Of a stretch of 64,000 nt of DNA, positions 38,001 through 46,486 are shown in pieces; the first letter of the stretch is position 1; every line of letters begins with the position of its first letter. The translations under genes were made by a program, and so were the position numbers. Origin of the DNA: an uncultured Spirochaetota bacterium (GTDB lineage: Bacteria > Spirochaetota > UBA4802 > UBA5550); NCBI GenBank assembly GCA_942491575.1, contig CALOBT010000025.1, positions 1,664,299 to 1,728,298 on the forward strand, written 5' to 3'. The notes beneath the pieces are model-generated. The model searched no databases, had not been told where the DNA came from, and saw only the letters and a program-made list of their open reading frames with translations.

Positions 38001-39266
38001 AATGCCACCACTGGGAATTTCACCACCCTTGATGTCAGCACTTACCTTGAGCCCTATGCGGTAAGCCTTGCGGCAAATCAGTTTACCGCTGACAATGAAA
38101 CATACTATCTCTACCAGTTTGCCTACGGGAATACCAGCAGTACCGACATAATCGACTCCGGTAATGCCGACAGCAACACCTTAAATCACCTCACCGATGC
38201 AGGTCACTTCGGCACTGTATCTGCTGGAGACATTGCCTACAATGCATCCACGGGGGATTACGCCATGGTCACCGCGGCAGCAGCAGGCGACCTGACCCTC
38301 TCATGGGATGCCTTCCCCGCAGGGAATGAACCCTACATGATCATCAGTCAGCCCGGGGTACTTTACGTCTGGGAAGAATCTGGAAATATCCGCGGCAGAA
38401 TCATGAGCCTGGAGGGCTCTCCACCAGTTGAACTTCGGAGTGCCTTTAATATAGTTACAACTGCCAGCAATGCCAATGTCGTTTCCGACAGCCGGGGCAA
38501 CGCAGTGATAATTTACAGCGACGGCTCCTCTCAAATCCAGGCCATCAAGGTAAACGGATACGGCACATCAATAGGGACTGCCGCAATCGATACCCAGACC
38601 GCTGCCGCTGAGACCATAGTTGATGTAATATCCGAAAGATCCGGCAGCGCCAACGACGGCATTATTGTTCTTTATCAGAAGGGGGGAAGTCTATATGTTC
38701 AGCGCCTCAACTGGAACCTGAACCGGCAATACAATGCAGTCAATGGCCAGCTGATAACCGGGGCAGCCAACACCGAGCACTCCATGGTATTTGACAGCGC
38801 CAATGATGCCATACTCGTTGCCTACAACAGCGGCAACAACATATGGGTTTCACGTGCCTACAACGGCGGATCTGATGACCAGCAGATTACAAGTCTTGCC
38901 AGCACACAGCAGAATCCGCAAATAATCCTGACTGCGGGCAACACGGCACTGGTTTTCTGGGGAGACAACAGGTTTCTCTCCTATGCAAGCTACGGTGTCT
39001 TCGGGATGAGACTGGTAAACACTGATCTGACTACCTTTGCCAAGGATACTTCATGGTATGCCAATAGCGCAGGCGGGACAGATGACACCGATGGTGTTGC
39101 GGTAATCCTAAATGATTTTAATGAAAGCTGGCCCCTGACACTGCTGGTACCAATCGACAGCGGCAATGAAGCAATGCTCATCTGGCATGATTACCAGGAC
39201 CTGGCCACCTACGGTAGCGATCTAAAATATATCAGTCCCATCAGTGACGTTACTCTTCCTTATTAA
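35061..39266 (+). CDS. Giant (1401 aa) surface lipoprotein: two SbsA-Ig (Big_5)-like domains, an FN3-like domain, about eight copies of a ~60-aa repeat, and a beta-propeller-like C-terminus
   Basis: Lipobox LLLMVSCG. Big_5-like domains: AVYPADGTATAPVDTEF..., and DETPPAV...LTPGTVSVNFTEAGELDPTTINASTFYLFDG...YTVTITTGIKDLSGNALA. FN3-like: ATIRWTTDENTNYTLNYG. The repeats and blade-like segments are detailed in the findings. Confidence 0.8.
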   Translation: MKNKLLNIILTPLAILALLLMVSCGKESPTVTNPDITSTGSGGSSAGYYYPSITAVYPADGTATAPVDTEFMVIFNIPVNNADLTGGISISSSSIGALTETTHYTISSAGASTTYARITFIYGGIYPLPDNETVTITLNNTITDAVNSVALNNPQTVSFSVPLGATPDETPPAVNTGTGSPADSATGIALTPGTVSVNFTEAGELDPTTINASTFYLFDGTNNVAATYSYTAATNTATLTPAVDLIANTNYTVTITTGIKDLSGNALAAGDTWGFQTTTALTDPEPGAPAISDSHEVTTATTTTATIRWTTDENTNYTLNYGRNTTTASSVSDLANYLSVHSVTLNPPLTAGQRYWANIDFSDYAGTAGTTSGTIQFNTMTPETPNDIQSGAGNQGTPLVLINSWNVASSGAFLFWDNDSTGVTHVYGQLHDSAIAKQWNAGSPLGLFTEGSQNYSYSSSTEDHLGGVIVMATRTTGGLTYAKRISAGGAFDWGHTAGGTGMEVHSAAISNVQAAPVYTGMLTEVQTGTIDRGSLTLTNPVYEDNDFDGGAPIQTLFDVVSDGDIIYDTTGNAGTTIDITGGDHEYIIGNDGGILAAGDVYIVPNQATTGSITVSSHTMNVAGAKSSATTTIYTQHGFSAPGTLSVGDIILNTNNSQYAQITNIESNPDSLFPLSFISGTESAIRTNHLIDGSVDFTGSGVSDWASTTPDLVEEATGASAYAIVSTVSTSDLTLFSDIFPLGTEDYNIYNHLTNGTSTAGTTTTVLEDTTKDFSAAGLGVSIGDIIVVTDGAGNISAIATVDTDPGAGPGVTTLSVGVVTFTAGGGESYRIYDVSSVVLTGTATSQRTDHLINGGETWSSAPDQVFVDDLVENQTGPTYALASVITDTDLTLDTDIFSGAALDSYRIYNEYCETHTTTPVSSYYRITIDHDISVADGHVLEIYDSETGYTGTIDSFPTNPLYEDDTDLSSLGLADGDIAFNATTGNFTTLDVSTYLEPYAVSLAANQFTADNETYYLYQFAYGNTSSTDIIDSGNADSNTLNHLTDAGHFGTVSAGDIAYNASTGDYAMVTAAAAGDLTLSWDAFPAGNEPYMIISQPGVLYVWEESGNIRGRIMSLEGSPPVELRSAFNIVTTASNANVVSDSRGNAVIIYSDGSSQIQAIKVNGYGTSIGTAAIDTQTAAAETIVDVISERSGSANDGIIVLYQKGGSLYVQRLNWNLNRQYNAVNGQLITGAANTEHSMVFDSANDAILVAYNSGNNIWVSRAYNGGSDDQQITSLASTQQNPQIILTAGNTALVFWGDNRFLSYASYGVFGMRLVNTDLTTFAKDTSWYANSAGGTDDTDGVAVILNDFNESWPLTLLVPIDSGNEAMLIWHDYQDLATYGSDLKYISPISDVTLPY

Positions 39267-39323
39267 AAATTAAAAGAAATTTTGATGGTCGATGAACATT
39301 ATTGAAGATAATAAATTCCCCTG

Positions 39324-40355
39324 CTACTTAAGCCACTCCACATTCTGTGTGCCATAAAACTTCAGGCGCTTCTGCAGTGACGCCGAAGCGTAGATCCGCA
39401 TATCATGGTCCACCATGACCGCTTTAATATCTTTACGCTTTGCCAGTAACTTCCCCCCCTCAAGCGGGCCCATCACGAAAAGTGCCGTGGCATATGCGTC
39501 AGCCGTTACGGGATCACCGGCAATGACCGAAACCGATGCAAGGGAGGCAGAGGGCTTCCCTGTGCGGGGATCTATAATGTGATGATACTTCCTTCCCCCA
39601 TATGAAGCAAAGCGCTCATAATCACCGCTTGTGGCAATTGCCTCACCGTCATTCATAGCAAGGGCTGCGAGAAGATCATCCTTTCGGGGATGGCGGATTC
39701 CCGTAAGCCATGCCTTTCCGTACTTGCTTCCCAGGACCTGCAGGTCACCCCCCTCCTCTACAATGGCGGCTGCGACACCCTTCTCTCGCAAAACTTCTAT
39801 ACCCCGTTGAACCGCATACCCCTTGGCGATACCCCCGAGCCCGACTTTCACTCCCCTTCTTCGAAAGGAGATCTTTTTCAGACGATCATCAAAATTTAAC
39901 AGGCGGTAGTCCACCAGAGGCAGGGCCTTTTTTATCAGCGCATCCCCGGGGGGTCTGAAATTTTCACTCCGGTAGTTCCAGAGGTGTGCCATTGATGCGA
40001 AGGTAATATCAAAGGCGCCGCCGGTTTCGGCGCTGATATCCACTGATTTTTTCATCAGCCGCCATGTCTCAGGGGAAACGGAGACGGGTTTAATATCTGC
40101 AAGACGGTTGAGAACCTCCACGTCACTCCCCTTCCGATAGGGGCTCATCAGTTTTTCGATGCGGCTGATTTCATCAAAGACCGCCTCAGCCGTTTCCGTG
40201 GCCATCCTGTCTTCGGCGATGAAGGTGAGATTGATTACCGTCCCCAGCATGGGGCGGCTCACACGCTGAATTTTTTTATTGCATCCCGTAGAGACAATCA
40301 GTACCATAACTGCGGCAGCAGTGACCCTGAACATCCATTGCCGTGATGCAATCAT
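39324..40355 (-). CDS. apbE: FAD:protein FMN transferase (ApbE family), lipoprotein
   Basis: Lipobox LIVSTGC; GGIAKGYAV, ATSGDYERF, HHIIDPRTGKP. Confidence 0.9.
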   Translation of the reverse strand: MIASRQWMFRVTAAAVMVLIVSTGCNKKIQRVSRPMLGTVINLTFIAEDRMATETAEAVFDEISRIEKLMSPYRKGSDVEVLNRLADIKPVSVSPETWRLMKKSVDISAETGGAFDITFASMAHLWNYRSENFRPPGDALIKKALPLVDYRLLNFDDRLKKISFRRRGVKVGLGGIAKGYAVQRGIEVLREKGVAAAIVEEGGDLQVLGSKYGKAWLTGIRHPRKDDLLAALAMNDGEAIATSGDYERFASYGGRKYHHIIDPRTGKPSASLASVSVIAGDPVTADAYATALFVMGPLEGGKLLAKRKDIKAVMVDHDMRIYASASLQKRLKFYGTQNVEWLK

Positions 40356-41038
40356 TCTGATTCCCCTGCGATTTTTCTGATCATGTCCGGCACCTCGTGA
40401 AAACTTTCCACGATGAAGGGTTCCCCCTCGATTTCATCCATACCGGCATGCCCATAGGCGCATCCTATAAAGGGAACATTATTCAGATGCGCCGCATCGC
40501 GGTCTGATTCACGGTCGCCAACCATAATCAGAAGGTCATCTTCACCGAGACGTTCAAGATAAAGGGCCACAATATCCGACTTATCATAGATGGTATTACT
40601 GAGAAACAATATCTCATCATGAAAGAAGGGGCGAATTTCGTGGGCCTCCAGAATCGCTTCGATGTACCCTTTTCGGCCATTAGATGCCGTCAGATTTATA
40701 TACCCCTCCCCATGAAGCCGGGCGAGGACATCATATACTCCCGGAAAAAGTCTGCCATTATGGGACATGATGAGATTCTTGAAACTGTTGTGACAGGAAT
40801 CGTTCAGATTCTGAAGTTCTTCTTCAGTAAGCTCCGGAAAAAGCCGGACATAGATTTCATGTGCGGGAATCCCCACGAGGGAGAGTATCTCCCTGTGCCC
40901 CGGAACAGTAAGCTTCCGTTCCGTCAGGTGTTCCGTAAAATATCTTATACCTTCCTGAAATGCGGGAACTACGATATCCGCCGAATCATATATTGTCCCG
41001 TCGATATCAAAGGCAATATAGGTTTTCCCTTTTTTCAT
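40352..41038 (-). CDS. HAD-IA family hydrolase (phosphoglycolate phosphatase-like)
   Basis: MKKGKTYIAFDIDGTIYDS (DxDGT) and MVGDRESDRDAA. ATG 41038 is preferred over the track start 41077. Confidence 0.75.
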   Translation of the reverse strand: MKKGKTYIAFDIDGTIYDSADIVVPAFQEGIRYFTEHLTERKLTVPGHREILSLVGIPAHEIYVRLFPELTEEELQNLNDSCHNSFKNLIMSHNGRLFPGVYDVLARLHGEGYINLTASNGRKGYIEAILEAHEIRPFFHDEILFLSNTIYDKSDIVALYLERLGEDDLLIMVGDRESDRDAAHLNNVPFIGCAYGHAGMDEIEGEPFIVESFHEVPDMIRKIAGESE

Positions 41039-41203
41039 CTCTTTTTCTCTTCCCCCGGTGGCTGTTATACCCAGCAAGAATCAGTCACATTTACAGCCCG
41101 TGTCAATAAAAAAAAGTCGATTTTATTCCTTGACGCTCCCGCAGCGGAAAATATAAAAGTGGAATTTGATTTTAGATCTAACCCGTCATCACAGAGGCAA
41201 AAT

Positions 41204-42145
41204 ATGGACACCAGTATCAAGATCGGAGACGTAACTCTCAAGAATCCCGTCACTGTCGCATCCGGTACCGCCGGCTACGGTGAAGAGCTGAGCAATTTTA
41301 TTGACATATCCCGGCTGGGTGGAATTTTCACAAAGGGACTGAGTCTTGAACCCCGAAGGGGAAATCCGGGAAACAGGATACTTGAAACTCCCTCCGGTGT
41401 CCTCAACTCAATCGGTCTCGAAAACGTCGGCCTGAAAAAATTTATAGACGAAAAACTTCCCTTTCTACTGAAAAAAAAGGCCCTCACAATACCCAATGTT
41501 GCGGGCCATTCAGAGGAAGAAAACACGGAACTCTGCCGGATACTCTCAACAACTGAGGGCATTGATATCCTTGAACTGAATGTATCATGCCCCAACGTAA
41601 AGGAAGGGGGAATGGCCTTCGGGACGGACCTGACAGTATTTACCCGTTTACTTGAAAAAATAAGAAAAGTGACTGAATGTTCACTGATAGTAAAACTCTC
41701 TCCAAATGTAACCGACATCACCCCCTTTGCGGTGCGTGCGGAGGAAGTAGGGGCAGACGCCATTTCCGCAATAAATACATACCTGGGGATGAAAATTGAT
41801 ACGAAGACGAGACGTCCCCACTTCGAGAGGAAGGTTGCGGGCCTCTCCGGTCCCGCCATCAGGCCCCTGGCTGTACGGGCGGTCTACCAGATATTCGAAA
41901 AGGTCAGCATTCCCATAATCGGACTCGGTGGTATCGCTACGCTGGAAGATACCCTTGAATTCATCCTTGCGGGTTCAACCGCCATTTCAGTTGGCACCAT
42001 GAACCTTGTAAATCCGTACCTGTCAATTAAGCTCATCGAGGGACTTGAAAAATACCTGGTGGAAGAAAAAATAGGCTCGATTAAAGATCTTGTCGGTGCC
42101 GCACACGAAAACAAAATTGCAGGCGGGGAAAGTTGCGGAGTTTAG
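41204..42145 (+). CDS. pyrD: Dihydroorotate dehydrogenase, class 1 (catalytic subunit)
   Basis: MDTSIKIGDVTLKNPVTVASGTAGYG, LNSIGLENVG, ELNVSCPNVKEGG (catalytic Cys), GLSGPAIRP. The track ORF start at 40619 is an upstream extension that overlaps the HAD gene. Confidence 0.9.
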   Translation: MDTSIKIGDVTLKNPVTVASGTAGYGEELSNFIDISRLGGIFTKGLSLEPRRGNPGNRILETPSGVLNSIGLENVGLKKFIDEKLPFLLKKKALTIPNVAGHSEEENTELCRILSTTEGIDILELNVSCPNVKEGGMAFGTDLTVFTRLLEKIRKVTECSLIVKLSPNVTDITPFAVRAEEVGADAISAINTYLGMKIDTKTRRPHFERKVAGLSGPAIRPLAVRAVYQIFEKVSIPIIGLGGIATLEDTLEFILAGSTAISVGTMNLVNPYLSIKLIEGLEKYLVEEKIGSIKDLVGAAHENKIAGGESCGV

Positions 42146-42251
42146 CAACCTGCAGGTGCTCATCTGATACGCACAGAGTCTCAGTGCCGACCTGGCAAAA
42201 TATAAACAAAATGAAGCAATATTTAAATACCTTAAAAAATACCGAGGAAAT

Positions 42252-43307
42252 ATGAAATACTGGAACAGCACATTAAAAAATATGGATGAATATATACCGG
42301 GGGAGCAGCCCGCCAATATCGATGAATTCATCAAACTCAACACCAATGAAAATCCATTTCCTCCTTCCAATTTTTCACTTGAGGCGATAAAAAAAGAAGT
42401 CTCCGGTAAACTGCGCCGCTACCCTGAAGCGACTGCGGATACCCTCCGAAGTGTTTTCGCGGAGCAGAACAACATCAATAAGGAGAATATTTTTATAGGA
42501 AACGGTTCCGATGAAGTTTTCACCCTGATATTCAGGGGATTTATTGAAAAAACAGGTCTTGCGGCATTTGCCTACCCCTCATACAGTCTCTATGACACCC
42601 TCGCCCAGGCAAATGCAGTTCCATTCGAAAAAATCGATCTCAATAAAGATTTTTCATACAACCTGAATGCATTTCTGGAAAAAAAATACGACCTGGTCAT
42701 TATTGCAAATCCGAATAATCCCACGGGGACCTACTGCAGTACCGATGAAATCAGGTCCTTTCTCGAAAAATATGAAGGACTCCTCGTGGTTGATGAGGCA
42801 TATATCGATTTCTACGGCGGTAGCGTCATTGAACTGATCAGGGAATATGACAATCTCATTGTAACCAGAAGCTTTTCAAAGTCCTACTCCCTCGCGGGGC
42901 TTCGAGTCGGCCTTGCCATCGCACACCGTGATATAATCAGGGGTTTCATGAAAATAAAGGACTCATACAATGTAGACATGCTTGCCATTGCGGGGGCTGC
43001 AGGCGCCCTGAAAGACACTAAAACATTCAAATATAATTTACAGATGGTAACGGACAACAAGGAGTACCTTGAGGAAAGACTTAAAGATTTCGGTTTTGAG
43101 GTTACACCGTCGCGGGGAAACTTTCTGTTCGTAAAACATCCTGACATCTCAGCGGAAGCACTCTATGAAGAGCTGAAGAATAGAAGGATACTGGTTCGCC
43201 ACTTCAAGGGAAGATGGCAGTCAGAATACCTGCGCATCACCGTGGGAACCATGATGGAAGCAAAAACCCTCTGCAAAGAAATTGGAGCAATTATCGGAGC
43301 CGGATAA
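42252..43307 (+). CDS. hisC: Histidinol-phosphate aminotransferase
   Basis: IKLNTNENPFPPS, NPNNPTG, VDEAY, RSFSKSYSLAGLRVG (PLP Lys). Confidence 0.9.
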   Translation: MKYWNSTLKNMDEYIPGEQPANIDEFIKLNTNENPFPPSNFSLEAIKKEVSGKLRRYPEATADTLRSVFAEQNNINKENIFIGNGSDEVFTLIFRGFIEKTGLAAFAYPSYSLYDTLAQANAVPFEKIDLNKDFSYNLNAFLEKKYDLVIIANPNNPTGTYCSTDEIRSFLEKYEGLLVVDEAYIDFYGGSVIELIREYDNLIVTRSFSKSYSLAGLRVGLAIAHRDIIRGFMKIKDSYNVDMLAIAGAAGALKDTKTFKYNLQMVTDNKEYLEERLKDFGFEVTPSRGNFLFVKHPDISAEALYEELKNRRILVRHFKGRWQSEYLRITVGTMMEAKTLCKEIGAIIGAG

Positions 43308-43944
43308 TTTTCCCTGCAGTATTGGTAACGGTACTCCGCTGAACCACTTCATCAAAGGTGAGGCGGCCATCTTCAAAACTGATCACATCCTCCTCACTTA
43401 CCCAGAGGTTAACCTGCTCTCTCATTATGGGACTTTGCCACGAAAATCCGATGACCATACCGACGATTTCACTCTCATGGAACATGCTCCGGGCGGAATT
43501 AACCGTTGCCATGAGGGTTTTCATGTTATCCTTAATCAGGCCGATTGCCACATCTCCATAACGGGTATTATTAATAGATCCGGAATCGACATCGAATCCG
43601 AAATAGAGACGGTTGCGGCGATTTGACTTTTTGTCAAAATAGAATCCGACACTTCCCCGAACAATAGAGAGCTTTTTGTTTTCCGTAACATCCCTGGCGA
43701 TGGCAATGAGAAATTTATAATATTTCTTCTGAAAAACAGATCCCCTGGTGGTATATTTTTCCAAATCAACCAGGTATCCTGCATATTTTTCTTTTACCAC
43801 GTCGGAGTATTGTTTCAGTATTTCATTTTCACGGACTTTATCCCGCTCCTGGCGTTCCCGTGTCGAACGGGATCCGCAGGTTGCACAAATTAAAACAATC
43901 AGAACCATTGATATGATATTGATATTTTTTTTCATATTATTCAC
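43291..43944 (-). CDS. Hypothetical lipoprotein
   Basis: Signal plus Cys (MVLIVLICATCG). No known motif. Its 3' end overlaps the hisC 3' end by 17 nt (convergent). Confidence 0.5.
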   Translation of the reverse strand: MNNMKKNINIISMVLIVLICATCGSRSTRERQERDKVRENEILKQYSDVVKEKYAGYLVDLEKYTTRGSVFQKKYYKFLIAIARDVTENKKLSIVRGSVGFYFDKKSNRRNRLYFGFDVDSGSINNTRYGDVAIGLIKDNMKTLMATVNSARSMFHESEIVGMVIGFSWQSPIMREQVNLWVSEEDVISFEDGRLTFDEVVQRSTVTNTAGKIIRLR

Positions 43945-44074
43945 CGACTGATAATAAAAAGTATACTTTTATTCTGTATCAGAACATATTGCCTGTCAAG
44001 TCTAACTTGATTCAAATATAAGCGATTAAAGAGATTATTCTGAAATATACTCCCGTAATAGCCGAAGAAATAAT

Positions 44075-45307
44075 ATGAAGCTAAGAATTTGCCTGTTTTT
44101 CCTATTTATATTTTTTATTCAATGCAGTGGTATTCCCCGGTATTATCTTCCCGAAAACAGCACCAGGGTCAGGACAGGCCTTGAAATTTTCCTTGATAAA
44201 TACGCCGATGATTACCGCAACAAGAGAGCACTCCTCGTCACAAATCATTCCGGTGTCGATATTCACCTGAGGGACAACATTTCCCTTCTCCGAAAAAAGG
44301 GTCTCAAAATATCAAGGGTACTTGCTCCGGAACACGGTATATACGGATACCAGAATCAGTATGATAAAAAAACCTGGTTTTATGATCATAAAAGAAACCT
44401 GACTATCTATAACCTTCATAAAATAACCGGCAAAGAATTTCGCGATATGGCGAGGAAGACGGATGCGGTGATTTTTGACATCCAGGATATGGGAATGCGG
44501 TGCTATACCTATGTATCAAACCTGAAGTTCATTATGGACAATATGCAGGGACTGAAAACCGAGCTGATTATACTCGACCGGCCGAATCCTATAGGATTTA
44601 TTGAAACCGACGGGGCGTATCTGGAAAAAAAATTTACTTCCAGATTTATCAGTGCATTCCCGGCCCCCTTTATCTATAATATGACCATGGCGGAGGCGGC
44701 ACGGTATTACCGGTACGAGTTTAAAAAAAACATCAACCTGAAAGTCATTCCCATGAGGGGTTATTACCGCGGCATGCTGTTTCACGAAACCATGCTTCCA
44801 TGGGTACCGCCTTCCCCCAACCTCCCCACCTACGAATCAGCCATTATCTATACTACGATGGTTCTGCTGGAGGGGATCAATATTTCACTCGGAAGGGGCA
44901 CCACCAAACCCTTTGAGTACCTGGGGGCCCCCTGGATTGAACCTGTCTCTTTCTGCCGCGACCTGAACAGACTGGGCTTCAGAAACCTCAAATTCAGACC
45001 CGTCTATTTCAAACCGACCTTCAGCAAATACGAAGAAGAAATCTGCGGGGGAGTCCAGATATTTTACACCGGAGATGATTTCAGTCCCACGGAGGTGGCC
45101 TACCGCCTTATCACTTACCTGTTCAAAAAGTATCCCGAAGTAAAATGGGAAAAGTACCGAAAGTGGTACGATATCGATTACCTGGCAGGGACCGATAAAT
45201 TCAGAAGATACCTTTCCGGAGGCAGGCCCTGGAGGGATTACAGGAAATATATCAGAAAAAATTTGAAAGTTTACAAAAAGAAGCGGAGGCGGCATACCCT
45301 GTATTAA
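44075..45307 (+). CDS. DUF1343 family protein (exo-beta-N-acetylmuramidase NamZ-like)
   Basis: TGLEIFLDKYADDYRNKRALLVTNHSGVD, LAPEHGIYG, FDIQDMGMRCYTY. Confidence 0.8.
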   Translation: MKLRICLFFLFIFFIQCSGIPRYYLPENSTRVRTGLEIFLDKYADDYRNKRALLVTNHSGVDIHLRDNISLLRKKGLKISRVLAPEHGIYGYQNQYDKKTWFYDHKRNLTIYNLHKITGKEFRDMARKTDAVIFDIQDMGMRCYTYVSNLKFIMDNMQGLKTELIILDRPNPIGFIETDGAYLEKKFTSRFISAFPAPFIYNMTMAEAARYYRYEFKKNINLKVIPMRGYYRGMLFHETMLPWVPPSPNLPTYESAIIYTTMVLLEGINISLGRGTTKPFEYLGAPWIEPVSFCRDLNRLGFRNLKFRPVYFKPTFSKYEEEICGGVQIFYTGDDFSPTEVAYRLITYLFKKYPEVKWEKYRKWYDIDYLAGTDKFRRYLSGGRPWRDYRKYIRKNLKVYKKKRRRHTLY

Positions 45308-45445
45308 CTCTATATGCATTAAATATTACCTTAAGAAAGCATGCAATGGAGCTACCGAGGCTCTCTGGCAGGACAACAGGAGAGGCCGCCTGTTGTTTAG
45401 TTATACCTTATTCTGTCTTTGACATTAACACGCAAGAGGTTATTC

Positions 45446-46486
45446 ATGAAAGTACATCAGGAAATTTTCGGCAGCCTCCCCGACGGCAGGGCGGTACACA
45501 AATATATTATCCCATCAAAAAACGGAATCGAACTTCATATACTATCCTACGGGGGAATCATCTCCACCCTGTTGGTTCCCGACAGCAACAACCGCCCCGT
45601 AGACGTCGTCCTCGGCTATGACAATCTCGACCAGTACCTGGCGCCGCATCCGTTTTTCGGTGCCATGGTGGGAAGGTACGCCAACCGCATCGGGGGCGCA
45701 GCCTTCAACCTGAATGGGAAAAAATATTCCCTTGCCGCCAACAATAACGGCAACCACCTCCACGGGGGGAACACCGGATTTGACAAGGTCCTCTGGAAGG
45801 GAAGTTCCTTCTCATCAGACAGTAAAAGGGGAATAATCCTGCGGCACAGCAGTCCCGATGGAGACGAGGGTTATCCGGGGAATCTCAGTGTATCCATAAT
45901 ATGCAGTGTTACCGATGAGAATGAAGTTATCTTTCAATACCAGGCAAAAACAGATGCGCCGACACCGGTAAACCTGACAAATCACAGTTACTTTAATTTT
46001 TCAGGTGGAACCAGAGACATCCTCAATCACAGCATTTCCATAAATGCCGACACGTTAACCGCAGTAAATAAACAACTGATACCTACCGGAGAACTGATAA
46101 ATCTTACGGGCACACCCTTCGACTTCAGGAACCAGGAACTTATCGGGGCACATATCGGGGAAGTCAATGGCGGCTATGACCATAATTACTGCATTAATGG
46201 TGATGCGGGAACCCTCCGTCATGCAGCCTCCGTTACGGACAGGGAAAGCGGCATTAAGATGGAAGTTGAAACCACCAAACCGGGCATGCAGTTTTACACA
46301 GGTAATTTTCTTGATGGTACCCTGAAGGGAAAAAACAATATAAACTATCACAAAAACTGGGGATTCTGCCTTGAAACACAGTACTACCCTGATTCACCGA
46401 ACCAGGCATCATTCCCGAATACTATTCTCTACCCCGGAGAGGATTACCAGCACACTACCTTATATCGTTTTCTTACATTTTCATAA
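45446..46486 (+). CDS. galM: Aldose 1-epimerase (galactose mutarotase)
   Basis: GGIISTLLVPD, VVLGYD, GRYANRI, NHLHGG, ETQYYPDSPN. ATG 45446 has SD AAGAGG. Confidence 0.9.
   Translation: MKVHQEIFGSLPDGRAVHKYIIPSKNGIELHILSYGGIISTLLVPDSNNRPVDVVLGYDNLDQYLAPHPFFGAMVGRYANRIGGAAFNLNGKKYSLAANNNGNHLHGGNTGFDKVLWKGSSFSSDSKRGIILRHSSPDGDEGYPGNLSVSIICSVTDENEVIFQYQAKTDAPTPVNLTNHSYFNFSGGTRDILNHSISINADTLTAVNKQLIPTGELINLTGTPFDFRNQELIGAHIGEVNGGYDHNYCINGDAGTLRHAASVTDRESGIKMEVETTKPGMQFYTGNFLDGTLKGKNNINYHKNWGFCLETQYYPDSPNQASFPNTILYPGEDYQHTTLYRFLTFS

Noticed and set aside
40619-41203. 5' extension of the pyrD ORF giving a 508-aa protein.
   Set aside because: The extension is antisense to the HAD hydrolase gene and unlike any PyrD. 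The canonical N-terminus MDTSIKIGDVTLKNPV begins at ATG 41204.
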